Source: Eledone cirrhosa
Taxonomy: Eukaryota
Reading direction: 5' to 3'
Assembly (NCBI GenBank): GCA_964016885.1
Contig: OZ024741.1
Span: forward strand, 324,508,001-324,572,000
Length of the DNA: 64,000 nucleotides
Below are positions 29,732 to 44,754 of the stretch, piece by piece; the stretch's first letter is position 1; the number at the start of each line of letters is the position of its first letter. The notes below the pieces were generated by a model that ran no database searches, was not told where the DNA came from, and was given only the letters and a program-made list of their open reading frames with translations. The position numbers and the translations under genes were made by a program.

Positions 29732-32700
29732 GCTGCTTTCACGCTTAACGGGATCTTCTGAAACTAAAAAATCAATCTATGAACGCAGAAGTAAGTATTG
29801 CGAAAAACGTTGCAACCAAAGGAAAACATGAAGACGATACTTTGGTTCGTCGAGACGTTCCCTGGCGATGAACGGAAAAAAAGCGAAGTTAATACGTCAT
29901 TATTTGGAGCGGAGAGAGAACAATTACACGCAAAGACAAAGCCACGTTTATGGTATAAATAAAGTCGTAGACTAAAGTTCTAGTAGGAAACCGAATGATT
30001 CTCGGCTTCAGAGTTAAGAATAATGTAAATAAATTACAGAGGTTATCGAAATCAACAATAATTAAATATATACATGCACGCATCCATATACGTACAACAC
30101 ATGCATACGCGAAAGCACCCGCCATGGGTATGCATATATAAGCACGTACACAAAAACACGCGCAAACATACAAACAACCACGTAATTCCTGTGCCCGCAC
30201 ACATACGAACGTATACACCAAATACACATTAAAAATATATTTAAATATATATATATATATGTGTGTGTGCGTGTATACATATAATTATATAAACGTATAT
30301 AAAAATACACCCATAAATACGTATATAACGCGCGCACACACATACCTACAGATAAATACACATATGTTCACTAAACGTACGTTAACTAAAACACAAAGTA
30401 CACATATACACACCCTACTTACGTGCAAATCCGCATACACATACAAACGCAAAATACACGTATGCACATCTACCAGTATATATAATATAATATATACTCC
30501 TGTAACAAACACAAGCAAATATACGTACGAGAAAGTGTACGTACCTTCACAAAACATACAGGTAATATATACTTACCTATACAAATAAGTAATGGTATAC
30601 ACATAAAATATACTTAGCTACCTCATCAAGACGTAAATTATCCACGTATTGTTCGTACTATCCGTTAGGGTATAATGTGGGGCTGTAATACAGGAAAGTG
30701 TTATGTAATTTATGTTTACAAACCGACATTGCTTCAGATTTTTTGTTTAAGATGTGGTCATTGGCGTAGAGTATTTCTAGTGCTTTAGCGGCGCAGATGT
30801 CGCGTAGTCTTTTATTTCCGTTATACGATCTAGCCTCAGCTAGGATCTCCCAGTGTTACTTATATTGGGTGTGGTTGTCTTTTAGACTCCAAATATAAGC
30901 TGAAAGTGACGTCATATTCCTTCTTAAAGGGTTAAGAAAAGAATGGGTAAGCATGTAAAGACGATGCTTGAATCTATTGGCGGTTAACCCTATGTTGTCC
31001 CTACGGGACGTGGGTATTTCAACCTTATATTTGTAGACAATGTTACTGGAGAGGCATTTCCCGGATACGGGGCAGTCAACCCGATTCCTACAATTGCAGT
31101 TAGTACTAACTACAGGGTTGCACGTGTTCCAACGGCTAGATAATTTAGCTACATTTGAAGCAGTGATGTTATGTGCAAAGGTAGGAGTCGTAGAGTGAGA
31201 AATTTTAATGGTATTTCTATTAAAAATGGTATTATATTTATGTGCTGAGGGGAAATGCTTCTTAATAAGGGAGAGAAAGATGTTAGCTAATGGTGTGGCC
31301 ACCTCCATATTATATGTTGGGATATACCATATAATGCGTCGAAATCTATTTTTCCTAGGTCTATGCTAATACTCGGTATATGCTACCTTATCGACAAATC
31401 CACTCCGAGCAAGAGCTTCATTGTAATATGTGGAATGGTCGGTGAAAATATGCTCGTTTGTAGATAGACGGGAAAGCCTTAAAGAAACGTTTCTTACCAG
31501 GTTCTTGGTTATGCTGGCAGGATGGTTAGAATGCTTACTTATGTAATTAAGCGTACCATTCGGCTTTCTAAACGGGTATTGCAAGCCATTCGACAATTTG
31601 AGGGTAACGTCGAGGTAATTAACGATCGAGAGGTTGGCCTCAACCTGTATGGAGACCTTGAAGCCTTTAAAGAAGGCTGTGAGTTCTTTTCTGAACCTGT
31701 CGGAAGCGCGTAGGCCGCACTTAGTCATGGTCAAAAGGCCGTCATCACGGTACAAGCCACCGCCCAAGTGGGGGAATTCTTCCTTGGTAGAGAAAAGAAG
31801 GAAAAGGCCGATAAGATCAGTAACCTCCGCAGAATCGCTCGCACCCATACTCACGTCGAATGGGGTACTATTAGATTTTTTAATCCAAATAAAGTCGCCG
31901 AAATTAATCATCGACTTACGGGCACTGAGGATGACATCAACTTCGAAATCCTTAACCACCGTGAGTGTTTAGCGAAATTGATAGCTCTAAGAAGAAGTGG
32001 TTAAGTGGTGGAGGAGTAGTAATTGTTGATGTCGAATTGGATAAAACGGCAATGTTCCTTGTTGCATATGCCGTTTAACCAATTAATCACCGCGAAAGAA
32101 TTTTTCCACAGTGCAAGCGGGGCCAAACTTCTAATTTCAGGTATAATTCTATCTTAAATCCTTTTACTAAGTCTACCTAAATCGGACTTCGTAGGGTTAA
32201 AAACCGAATAGAGGTGTTGTTGGGGTAATTGGATTTGTGATCCTTCAGGGTAACGTGGGGAGAAATAGGGTCCAGAGGTTCAGTCTGGTCCTGGATGTTG
32301 AGATCAGAAGTGATTTTAAACCCAGCATCGTCATTAATGACACTCCGATTAGTTTTACGGTAATCCTTAGTTACAGCATTATGTAGCAGTTGATGGTAAG
32401 TACTGCGCTCCACTTGATATAGATTGACAGTTCTGTCGGAGTAGACGTACACGGCATTAGAATCCTTAATAGAACGAATTCTATTCTTCAGGTCCTGCTG
32501 GAATGAATTGCTCCTATTCCGAAATTTGATACTCCGTATGGGTAGCAATGCCGGGTTACTCGGAGGGTTATTGTAAGTTTTAAACCTAAATTTATCCTGT
32601 TTATTGTCCGCTTTTTCCTGATTATCGAAATAAAAGGCACGCCAACGCAACCTTTTAATGAACGAGTCTGTTTTCTGTATCAGGAGTTTTAGGTATGTCT

Positions 32701-33884
32701 TCCTGCTTGGTACGGATATGTTCTTTGTAGAAATATTCAGATGTTTTTTTCTGCATGATGAATATAAGTCAATAGAGTGCTCAACCGAGGGAGCCAAATA
32801 ATAATAATAATAAATTTGAAGACTAAAATCCAAAGAGGGCTCGATAAGGATAAATATATATCAAATATATAAGAACCGTAGAGCAAATATTTATTAAAAT
32901 AACAGATTAAAGTTTAAGCAAATAATATCTGCTTTCACCCTTAACGGGATCTTCTGAAACTAAAAAATCAATCTGTGAACGCAGAAGTAAATATTTCGAA
33001 AAACGTTGCAACCGAAGGAAAACAGATAATTTGGTTCGTGGAGACGTTCCCTGGCAATGAACGGAAAAAAGCGAAGATAATACGTCATTATTTGGAACGG
33101 TGAGAACAATTACACGCAAAAACAAAACCACGTTTATGGTATAAATGAAGTCGTAGACTAATATTCAATTTAGGTAGTTCGTGGAGACGTTCCCTAGCAA
33201 TGAACGGAAAAAAGCGAAGATAATACGTCATTATGTTGGGTATGAGAACAATTACACGCAAAGACAAAACCACTTTTATGGTATAAATAAAGTCGTAGAC
33301 TAAAATTCTATTTAGGAAACCGAATGAGTCTCGGCTTCAGAGTTAAGAATAATGTAAATAAATTACAGAGGTTATTGAAATCAACAACAATTAAATATAT
33401 ACATGCACGCATCCATATACGTACAACACATGCATACGCGAAAACACCCGCCATGGGTATGCATATACAAGCACGTACACAAAAACAGGCGCACACATAC
33501 ACAAAACCGCGCAACCTTGTACCCGCACACCAAATACGTATACACCAAATACACATAAAAAAATATAAAGAAAATAAAAATATATATATATATATGTGTG
33601 TGTGTGTGGGCGTATAATTAAATAAACGTATATAAATATACACACATAAATATGTAAATAACGGGCACACACACATATCTACAGGTAAATACACATAGGT
33701 TCGCTAAACGAACGTCAACCAAAAGACAAAGTACACATATACACACCCTACATAAGTGCAAACCCGCATACACACACAAACGCAAAATACACGTATACAC
33801 ATAACCATATACACATGTACCAGTATATATAATATAATATATACACCTATAACACACACAAGAAAATATACGTACGAGAAAGTA
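29695..33884 (-). mobile_element. Near full-length Penelope-like element, family A, with direct pLTRs (29695-30535 and 32892-33884)
   Basis: Long direct repeats flank an RT + GIY-YIG ORF; the 5' pLTR has an internal ~140-bp duplication. Confidence 0.93.
30658..32756 (-). pseudogene. PLE RT + GIY-YIG ORF (family A), disrupted
   Basis: Likely start MQKKHLNISTKNI (one extra A in the run); motifs LRWRAF, QFDINNYY, VSMGASDSA, LYRDD and CNCRNRVDCP. Confidence 0.9.
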
Positions 33885-33885
33885 T

Positions 33886-34370
33886 CGATGTGGTAGTCGG
33901 AACTTCGGAAAAACCTGTCGCTCCGTCTCTTCGTTGCTGTAGTGGAGTCTGTGCTGCTGTACGGGTCTGAGACTTGGACACTGACCAAGAAACTCACTCA
34001 GATGGTGGCTGGCTGCTACACGAGAATGCTGAGGATGGCTCTAAATATGAATCAGTATACACAGAGGATGAAGAACTCAGAGCTGTACAGAAGCTTCCCA
34101 AAAGTCAGCTCGAAAGTGACACAGAGCGGACTGAGGTTAGCTGGACATGCTCACCGATATCCAGAGTTGACACTGTACTCAGTGCTCCTGTGGGAGCCCC
34201 TGCATGGACACACCGGAAGAAGAAGACTGGGGTTAACATATGTTGATGCCCTAAGGACAGAAAACTGGTCTCTTGGAGACGCAGGACATGGCAGCGATAA
34301 TGCGGGACAGAGACTGCTGGAGAGAGCTCGTCCATGGATCTCGGGAATATTACCCACCCTAGATAGATAA
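33886..34370 (+). mobile_element. 3' fragment of an RTE-clade LINE
   Basis: ESVLLYGSETWTLTK..GCYTRMLRMAL..RLAGH; ends in short TAGA repeats. Confidence 0.85.
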
Positions 34371-34610
34371 TTCCCTGGGGAATTGGTTGACCAAATGCTT
34401 TACTTAATTGTTTTATTTATTTTTTTTAAATGTTATTCTTTCTCTTAGATTTCAGGTATGTTTTGAATGCAAAGCATTGGCCCCTAAAATACTACAGTAA
34501 GCCCTGCAATGCTACTGTGGGTTCTTGCAATGTTACCGTGGGCCACCTGAGGCCCACTTGCCATTGAGCAATCTGGCAACGTGGCCAGTCCACCACTGTA
34601 TATATATACA

Positions 34611-34700
<90 letters not shown>

Positions 34701-34725
34701 GATACATATGTATATATACGTATAT

Positions 34726-36720
34726 AACTTTGATAACTTTGATAGGTTTCGGCCAGTATTGGCCCAGGCCATGTCTAACTTAATAGCACCACCTGGCGAA
34801 ATCAGGGTTTGGGTACCATGGCCCACTCGAGCAGAGAGTTATTGTTTACGGAGGCATATCCGGGTGTAGGAGGCTTATCCGGGATTTCTTAAAGGAATTT
34901 ATCCAAAGACTTCTTGAACTGATGGGGTCTGTTTCTGTTTTGATGTGTTTTGGTTTAATGTTAAAGAGAGCTGGGCCAATTGAGGTGAAATAATTGTGCC
35001 GTATTCTTGTTATGAGATGCGAGTGAGTATTTTGTCTTGGGCGGATAGCACGGGCCCCAATGCCTGGATGTACATTAAAGGTGATGCCAACATCATTTGG
35101 GCAAAGCTGATGGAATATTTTCCACATCATGCAGATAAGATAGCGCTCACAGCGACGTTGGAGAGAATAAAGGTTGAGCTTTTCTAATCGACTCCAATAG
35201 TCAAGGCCTGTCATGCCATCTATCTTTTTTGTAATCGATCTTTGGGGTGCTTCAACTTTCATGATACTTTGTTTCGTGTGGGGAGACCACAGTGGACAAA
35301 AGTATTCAAGATGGGCTCGGGCAAAAGTGGAGAAGGGAAGGATAACAGTGTGGATATCTTTCGACTGGAAAGTTCTGAGAATCCAGGAACATATTCTGCG
35401 GACCATGTCAGCTTTGCTGTTTATATGAGTGGCCCAGCTTATGTCGTTGTCCACAATTACTCCCAGGTCTCTGATGTTATTGGATGCCAATAGAGTTTCA
35501 CCCGAAGGAAGAGAGTATGGTAGTTTTCAGGGCATTCTTTTTTCCAAAGTGGATTAATTCAACTTATCCTCATTCAACAGCATATGATTCTTTTCTGCCC
35601 ATTGGATAATAGCCAGTAGGCCTGACTGATGGCAAGTCCGATCACCCACCTTATTGATGACCCTTTGGAGCTTGGAATCATCTGCGAAGATTCTTATGTT
35701 GCTGTGCTTGATGATGCCAGTAATGTCATTAATGTAGATGTTGAAAAGAAGTGGGCCCAACACAGTGCCTTGTGGGACGCCACTGCTGATTTTGGCAGGG
35801 CTTGATTTTACTCCTTCGACTACAACATGTTGGGTTCTGCCTGTCAGGAAAAATTTGATCCACTGTAGTAACTCTCCAGCGACACCAATATTGCATAGTT
35901 TTTTCAGTAGAATCTTATGATCAACCCTGTCAAAGGCCTTGCTGAAATCAAGGTAGATGACATTAGTGTTGGAGCCCTCTCCCAAGGCTCTCAAAACATC
36001 GTCAAAGTGATGCAGGAACTGCGTTAGGCAGTCCCTTCCATTACGGAACCCATGTCGGTCCGAGTTCAGTAAGCCGTTGCTTTCAAGAAAGTGGGTTATT
36101 CGTGATCTCACCACCCTCTCAAATACCTTGATAATATGAGAGGTGAGTGAGATCGGCTGGTAGTTCACTGCAAGGGACTTATTTCCCTTTTTGAAGACTT
36201 GGACAACGGACTGGGACAGAAAGTTTTCTCCTGCCAGTATCCAGTGAGTTCCTCCACAGATTAGCAAGAGGAGATACAAGTTGGTGTCGACACACCTTCA
36301 GGACACAAGCAGGGAACCTGTCGGGGCCTACTGCTGAATTGTGTTTAATTTCGTTTATTGCCGCTAAGACATCAGGGGCGCCAAACGTTATATCCGATAT
36401 AGTGTGTTGGGGATTAACATCACTGATATGGCCCAGGTCAGCTATATCAGGATTGCTGAAACAGAGCAGTATTGTTTCTGTAGTATCTCACCCATGGTTT
36501 TGGCATTATCTTGGAGTGTGCCATTTTCATCAACTAGTGGGCCAACAGTGGAGACAGTGACCTTGTGTTTTTTAGCAAATGAAAAGAACACTTTGGGGTT
36601 GAGTTTGATTTTCTCAATGGACCACCTCTCTTCAGCTGTTCTCCGGTTTTTGATGATGGTCTTCATGCATTGTTGGAGGTTATATTTGTTTGATTCAAGC
36701 AGGGAGATAGCCGTCGAATG
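34726..36720 (-). mobile_element. 5'-truncated CR1/L2-group LINE with disrupted RT
   Basis: YQPISLTS, HGFR, YLDFSKAFD, SGVPQGTVLGP, FADD and RDLGV; 3' tail (ATCAAAGTT)2 next to (TA)n. Confidence 0.9.
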
Positions 36721-36730
36721 TATGTGTTGC

Positions 36731-38316
36731 TTCCACCACCACACATACAGACAGACAACAGGATTACCCATGGGATCCAGCCTATCGGACCTGCTGGCGA
36801 TCAAATATATAAACCAGCTGGAATGCCGAACCCTCTACACATGCCATTCCTATACCTTCTTCACCCGATATGTAGATGTCATACTAATCCTTACATCACC
36901 CCGTGAAGAAGCGGATAAAATATACATGACATTCTCCAGCATGGACGCCAATATAAAGTTCAACATGGAGCACCCCGATGACCGCGGTTCATAATCCCTA
37001 TTGGACTTCCAGCTCAGAGTAACAGAGGAAAGCGAAATCCACACCTGCTTCTACAAAAAAGCCGCGAGCAGGGACCTGTTCATACATTTCAGATCAGCCC
37101 ACCCAGTCAGTGTTAAGTTCGGATACATAAGGAACGAACTAACACGTATCCGGAACAAATGCACCGACGCAAGAGACCGAGACACACACACCACACATTT
37201 CCTGAAAGTACTTAAACTGAACGGATACCCAACATCCACCGCGAACCGTGCCAGAAACAACAGAGGACACCACACCCGAGGCACTAACACCTGCCTCCTG
37301 AAGCTCCCACACTTCAGTGACGAAACTACAACAGCCATCTGCAGAGCTATCAGACGAGAGGGACTAGATATTCAGCTAGCCCACTCAGGACCTTCTCTAC
37401 GCGAACAGCTAACCAAGAGACACTCCACCAGAAATGACAGCCGCTGCACGCTGGCCAACTGCCGCAGCGACCACACAGACCTATGCCACCAGGCTTACAT
37501 CGTATACAGATTAGAGTGCGACAAATGCAGCAATTTCTACATAGGTAGCACCACCAGACCACTTCACATTAGAATAAAAGAACACCTCAACACTAATGCT
37601 TCCTAATTTAAGAAACACCTAGTGAAATGCAAAAACACCGACAAAAACATAATAGTTAGTATAGAAGCTAAGGAAAGAAACCTCGGCAATCTTGGAATTA
37701 AAGAAGCACTAATTATAGACAAAACGCAACCTCCAATCAATAACAGACTAGAACTCAACACCCAATTTTTAACATGATAGAGCACCTAGCCCCTCACTTA
37801 CATCTCCACGTATCCTCTCACACTCACACACACACGCACGCTGACACCTTTACTTATTCTCTCTCACACACATACACACACATAGACCAGTTTTAACATG
37901 ACAGAGCATCTAGATCCCACATTTACATATAAACATATCCTCTCACACTCACACACACACACACGCGTGCTTACACCTTCATGTATTCTCTCACACACAC
38001 ATACACACACTTAGACATACATGTCCAAACCATTTTAATGGGAGACAACCCTTTATCCACCTAACCTTCACTCTTTGAAATTAGAAATAGAATGGAATTT
38101 CTATACTATTTCCTGTCAGCATGACTTGGCAAGCTAATTAGAACACTGGATAAACCCCTTTAATTCCCTCTGAAGAAGAGATATTATTTCGAAATATAAG
38201 GATATTCAAATAAATTTAAGGTAAAGGACTAATTGTCAGCAATATCTTTTGCATTTTTATTTATATTCTATATCCATACCTGCATTGTTCTGGCCTTCTA
38301 TCTCCAAACGTTTATA
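36731..38316 (+). mobile_element. 5'-truncated Penelope-like element, family B, with stops
   Basis: [14 protein letters not shown] and [14 protein letters not shown]; close homologue of 58842-61085. Confidence 0.93.
38167..38201 (+). ncRNA. Ultra-minimal hammerhead in the family B pLTR (sister copy at 58961-58995 -)
   Basis: CCT-CTGAAGA-A-GAGAT(ATT)ATTTC-GAA-ATAT-A-AGG. Confidence 0.7.
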
Positions 38317-39145
38317 CCTCACTACGCAATGCTTCATTTTATATAATTCATTTTATATAATTTATTATTATATTTAAACAGAAAGTTCTGGAAGATAGCC
38401 TACGGCTAGGTACGTTGTATTTCTTTTTATTTAACTTTCAATATATCAATTTAACATCTGATTATTTAACTTTTAATGCATCACTTTTTCTATCGTGTTT
38501 ACATTTTACCGTATTGTAAATATTCTATAACTGTTATCATTAACCAGACTTTATATATTTACATATATTTGGGCGGTGGGATGTTGTTGTGTGTAGGGTG
38601 TTTACATGTATGTATATATATACATACGTGTGTATGAGTCATAATTATTATTGAGCAAACAACATGTCATTTGATATGTTGTTTGCTTAAGGGAAGTATG
38701 AAGTATGAAACTTATGTAACAACCGTTGAAATTCTCAACATGAATATTAAACAAAACAATACACACTACTTAATGCATAGTATACTTTATCTAACTATAT
38801 GTGTGTGTGTGTAAATGATTCAACCAGTATAATTTGTCAAAACAATAATCATTCAATATAATTGAGTCACGTTTTGTCTATCTTTTTACAATGCTTTATC
38901 AAAAAGAAAGGAACCAATCGTTACGCCGGAACAAGGAAGTAATATTTCCATTGGGCTTTCCATTGCTGATAATATTTTCCAATCGTAACGTGAAATGAAG
39001 TGTCTTGCTCAATGAGACAACAAGCGACCCACTCCAATAATTGAAGTCATGATTTTATAGTCATGAGTCTTATACTCTAATCACTCAGAAATGCGAATTC
39101 ACAAAATATCACTAAGGCATGCACACACACACACATATATATAAA

Positions 39146-39205
<60 letters not shown>

Positions 39206-39399
39206 GGAGAGGGCGATAGAGAACGAGATTGTTCTTCCACACTTTTTTATTCTAGCATATCCCACTCACAATGTATTGGTCAAACCCGATGTTATGGAAG
39301 AAAATATTTGTTTAAAGTACCGTTCAGTTGTATCGAACCCAGAAACTCATGACTGCGAAGCGAACTTCTTAACTTGACACCCATGCCTTATAGGCGTTT

Positions 39400-39870
39400 A
39401 TGCCACACATTAATGAGGGTGGTGTCTCGGCTTCTGAGAGTAATCAATCTGAACGATACTGTTCTCTACCGAGGAGATCCTAGCTCCACTTTGGCTCAAG
39501 CAACTTGATCCACACATCAGACGCATAACTCAACCTGAATTTCATCCGCTTTGTGTAGCCACCAAGGTACACATTATCTCTGCTAGCAGCTGTGGATGGA
39601 CAGACGGTCTTCGATCTGGTCATCTGAAAGAATTGATGTCGCCCCTTGCTGCTAAAGACGGGCGCCGCCGGCTGCGTGCGATCTGGCACTCAACACCAGG
39701 TGAATTCAACGGCACTATCGATCTGGCACTCAACTCCAGGTGAATTCAGCGGCACTATAGACCCTTAAGCCTGAGACCTCTTCTTTTCGGCCAGCTTCAC
39801 TGCTCTTAAAAAGAAAGACCGAAGCATACGCCCTATGGCTGTGAGAAATGTCTTCAGAAATATGGCACCG
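39400..39870 (+). pseudogene. CRE-like non-LTR RT fragment with an internal 40-bp tandem duplication (39679-39758)
   Basis: SSCGWTDGLRSGHLKEL and FFSASFTALKKKDRSIRPMAVRNVFRNMA (RT domains 0-2). Confidence 0.7.
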
Positions 39871-42819
39871 CTTCAAGATCACCTCAATTATTCACGCTGG
39901 AACCACGAGGACTCTTGTGCCCGAGGATCTGCATGGAAGAGAGCATTCTCCCTCACTGTACAAGATTATATGATTGGTGTAGCATTGGTTGATTAGTATT
40001 TCTCACGACGGAATCTAGCTTTTTATTTTTTTTAAGAATATATTTAATTTAAGGACCAACATCTTAATTTATCTCGACCATCATCTCTTTAGTATGTATC
40101 ACTGTTAAATTATCAAGTGTATTAGTACTTCTTTTTCCCACTGAACACGTGGAGAAGCAATACAATAGAAGAATATATGACTGCTCAGTAATGCTGCGTC
40201 GTAATGACATTATTTCTCACTGGTTACGTTGAGATACAAAACTATACACCAACGTATGACTTATCGGTAATGCAGTATCTTAACACCATTGGATTGGCAG
40301 TATCCGTAGAGGGTCGGGCGCCATGCTTTGACGCATAGAGTTGCGGCCCTTGCCATTCTGAGTTCAAATCCCGCCGAGGTTAACTTTGCCTTTCATCCTT
40401 ATGGGGTCGATAAAATAAAGTACCAGTAATACACTGGGTAATTGCTGGCCTTGTGCCAAAAAAGTAGAAACAATTATAATTCACAGGATAATTTGGGAAT
40501 CAGTGCTACAAACCAATATATCACTTATCGCAATTTAACTAATGTTTAACACCAATGTATCCGTAGTTATTTGTAGTATCTTAAAATATCCCCGTTATCA
40601 CACTGATACTGCTCCCTATAAGACACAACTCTACATAATAAAATATTATTGGTCAGTTGCGTTGTGTTTTATCTCTTCCCGTAGGACACACTAAAACTAA
40701 GACCTGAGCACAAACAAAGCTGTCGTTAATTATTTTATATACTTGCCGGCGTCAGTAATATCCCCTCTCTTTCTATCAATAAATATTTTTATTTATCCTT
40801 GCATGCATCTCTCCATGTATCTCTCCTTCTTCTCTCTCCTTCTCTCATTCCACGTATCTCAATTTCCATCCATCAATCTACCTACCTACCTACCATTGAA
40901 TATATTTTAGAAATAAAAGAAAGATGTCTGTTCTGAAAGTGTTGGTCTTTGTCGGCCTTTTCCTGGAAATAATTATTTCTCGTCACCATGAAAATCTCGC
41001 ACCAAATAGTCTGAAAATTGCTAAAAATTCTCCCCCCCCCCACCTCTCTCTCTCTCTAAGAAGAAGAAGAAGAAAATATGAAATTCATTTTTACTTTTAT
41101 TGGGTGAGCACAATAACACATGAATGTTTATTTTGTGATTTTGTATAAACTTCCATACATAATTTCTGTGTATTTTCTCTCCTTATTTTTTTCCTTGCTT
41201 ATTTTGCTGATATTTATGTTAGCAGGTATTTTCAAGCGATATTTAAATAGCACAACCAAATAATTTTTCTATCACACAGGGTTTTTACGACACTTCGACA
41301 CTGTATGTATGGGCCCGTAACACCTTATAGAGTCATAGAGGCGCCGTCTTGGGCACTTTAAACATAGCGAAGACCATCTCTCTACAAGTTTAAATATAGC
41401 TGATTTCTCCCAGAGTAAGAGAGTGAGAGAGAAAGAGAAAGTGAAAGAGAGATTAGTTAAGAAGGTAATACAGAGGAAGAATCGAACCCAGTATTGAACA
41501 GGTACCATTTTTTCTCGACCTCGAATGGATAAAAGACAAAATTTGCCGCGGTAGAATTTGACCTCAGGAAGCAGAGTGACGGAACAAATACCATAAAGCC
41601 TTCTATCCGACGAAAGAGAAAGGGGGGGAGGGAGAGTGAGAAAGGGAAAGAGGGGGTGACAGAGACAAGATAGAGTGTGCGAGAGAAAAGATAGAGGAAG
41701 AGAGAGAGAGTGGGAGAATGAGGGAGGGAGAAAATCTGGATGAATTATGATATAACAGAAGAAAATGTTACTTGGTTACATGCATGAAGTCACCCACCAG
41801 TAAATGTTTGATATCATCATATTGAAAAAAAGTTGAAAAACAAACTGGATAATGTGTAAATAATAGACCGGTTGTTCAGCACTGGATTGCTTTTCATCAG
41901 GGCAGCTCGGAATTTAAACACGTGTACTGCTTAATAGCACTAGAAATCGGAGAAAAACATGAAACTTTCGCAACGATAGCGTCTTCTCTTGTTAATATAT
42001 GTTTTAGTTTATTTCTGTGTTAGTATTTTAGTGTATAATTGTGTGTGGTTTATGTGTTGTACGTATGTGTGCACTCTTTCGTTACGGTTAATAGAGACTT
42101 TTTTTTTATTACACAGTATCAGTATATTTATCGTGCGTCTTAATGTTCAATCCTTTTGAGGCAAATATTTATCCATTCTTCACTTTGTGTAAAGCTTTTG
42201 GTGCAAATAATTATATATCCGCTATTGTCTCTATTTTCCTCACTTTGTTGGGCGTGTTGTTGTAGACTACATTGTTTAAAAATCTCCTAGGATGGTTAAT
42301 TGGCAGGAGGCTGATGTTTGTTCCGGCTCATGGATCTCTGACTTCAAATCCCGTGTCCATTTGATTCTTACAGGACACTTTGCGTCATCTACTCCGGTGA
42401 CTCCGAAAGTTCTGCGTTAAAATCTTGCCCCTTCTGCCAAGAGTTGCGGCTGCCAGATAATATCACCAATGGTAACATAGTATCTTTGATCTGATCTGAC
42501 AATAGGCTTCTTTATTTTCCTACCAGGAATTATATCAGCAATGGAAAGATTAATAGAAGCATTGTTTCCTTGGTCCGATCAGACAATTGGCTCTTTTCAA
42601 TTCCGTTATAGTTGCTGAGGTTATTATTTACAAATATCTATATCTATTGATATTTTAGTAAAAAAAAAGACAAGCTCGAATTGTATAGAATACAACTTGC
42701 TTGTAAAGTAAGCAACAATTTCTTTTTAAAACTCCATTCATTCATGATTCTATACATGTTTCAATCCCGAGGTGTCCAGTGCTTCCTCGAAAGAAGGAAA
42801 CACACTAAGCTATTGCTGT

Positions 42820-42879
<60 letters not shown>

Positions 42880-43199
42880 AAAAACAAAATAATGGTTTCT
42901 GATTTCGGCGCAAGGTCAACAATTTTTCGTCGGGTTCATTTCCCATCCGGGAGGGTGTTTCTTCCTTCTACGATTAGAGTAATATCTACCAGATATTCAT
43001 CTCTTGAGGAACTTCGGAAATCTTGACCCTTTCCGTCTTTAACCCTAAATATGATGGGTAGAGAACATACACATTGTTCCGACAGGGTCCCACGGAGATT
43101 CTGACAGCCAGGACTACTCTCTTAAAATCACTGAAATGCCCGCAAGCTGCCTGCAATCGTGATGTACTGAATATCGTGCAGTATCTCCTTCAGTTCAAT

Positions 43200-43388
43200 G
43201 GCGGTGGATTGGCAGTATCGGTAGAGGGTCGGACGCCATGCTTTCCAGCATAGTTACGTCCCTTTACGATCTGAGTTCAAATCTCGCCGAGGTTGACTTT
43301 GCCTTTCATCCTTACGGGGTCGATAAAATAAAGTACCAGTAATGCACTGGGTAATTGTTGGCCTTGTGCCTAAAGTTGAAACAATTAT
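43200..43388 (+). mobile_element. Full-length young tRNA-derived SINE (other copies 40291-40477 +, 55043-55180 +, 55216-55353 +, 61655-61845 -, 63042-63220 -, 63239-63425 -; decayed near 1100, 9830, 21210, 41480, 54820, 61228)
   Basis: A box TGGCAGTATCGG and B box GAGTTCAAATC; near-identical to the reverse complement of 61655-61845. Confidence 0.9.
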
Positions 43389-44754
43389 CTCCTTCAGTTC
43401 TTTTTCTACTTCGGTTTGATTCGCTGGCACCTGTCATTTCGTATTTGTGGACATGCATTTATATATTACAGTTTTTTTGTGTTTCTGCCAAAACCTCTGG
43501 GAGGGGTGTGGTGGTTACGTCAGTCCATGCTTTTTGTAGTTTGAACAGATTGGTCACTTGGGCCAAACCTGTGTATTTGTTTACAAAATTTCCATGTTAA
43601 AATCCTCTGCTACTTTGGCAGCCTTTGCAGAAAAAGTATTGTTACTGTTGTTGTTTTTGTTATTGTTAATATTATTATTGTCGTTGTTATTTTTGTTATT
43701 GCCATTTATTTTGTCGTTGTCTGTGTTACTGTTATTTTTGTTTTTGCTATTGTTATATATTTTATTGTTGCAGTGGTGGTGGTGGTGGTGGTGGTCATTA
43801 TGGTGTTGTTGGTGGTAGTGGTGGTGCTAGTGTTATCTTTTGTAATGTTCATTGAATTTTTATCCTTTTTTTGGTGGTGACAATGCTGTTGAATTTTTTA
43901 ATTACAGGAAATTTATTTCCTAATTTTCCCGTGCTGTGTTATTGTTGTTGCTGCTGCTACTGCTGTTATTGTTTTGTGAATGTTGGTTCTTCCATCATTT
44001 CGAGATTCAGATTTCTGTTTTGCGGAAGAAAATTCGTTTTCCGTCATCAACTTTTCAAAGGTATTGAGCGCGTGTTTGGAAAACAAACTCAAGTTTAGCC
44101 GCTAAGTGGCACAGGAAGAAAAAAATCTAACAAGCCCACGAAAATATTAGTTAGTTTAACTATGCCATACATAAAACGTTGTGATGGTAATTACATGAAA
44201 CTTACGGAAGTGATCTGTAACACGGGTCGATAAACGAACAAACAAACAAATAATAATAATAATAACAATAATGATGATGAAGAAGATGATAATACTGAAA
44301 ATGACAATAATGATGAGACAACAATAAATGATGATGATTGTAAAGATTTTTCTGTAGAAAACATATAACCAATTATAGTATTCAGTCTCTCTCTATATTT
44401 ATGTGTACTTGTGTGTTCCTGTTCGTGTTAGTGTGTGTGTGTGTGCGTGAGCATGTGAATACTCATAATTGAAACAAATAAGACAAACGTCCCTAGCGGG
44501 AAATTTCTATTTTGATCTAAAAATACCATCCAGAAAATATTGTTATTATTGCAAATTGCTAAAATGCATATGTATGTATGTACTACCAAAATTAGATTAA
44601 AGATGTCATATCTGAGAATATCAGAATCATGCACCATACCACCTGTGGAATAAGCTCAAAGATTCCATGTAGTAAATCCGACCATTTATATTAAATTATT
44701 AATTGTTTAATGTGTTTATTTTATATACATATGTCATCCTACTTTTAATTCCAC

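Noticed and set aside
38380-38425. CTGGAAGA-TAGCC(TAC)GGCTA-GGTAC motif
   Set aside because: Both core segments deviate, so it cannot be supported as an HHR
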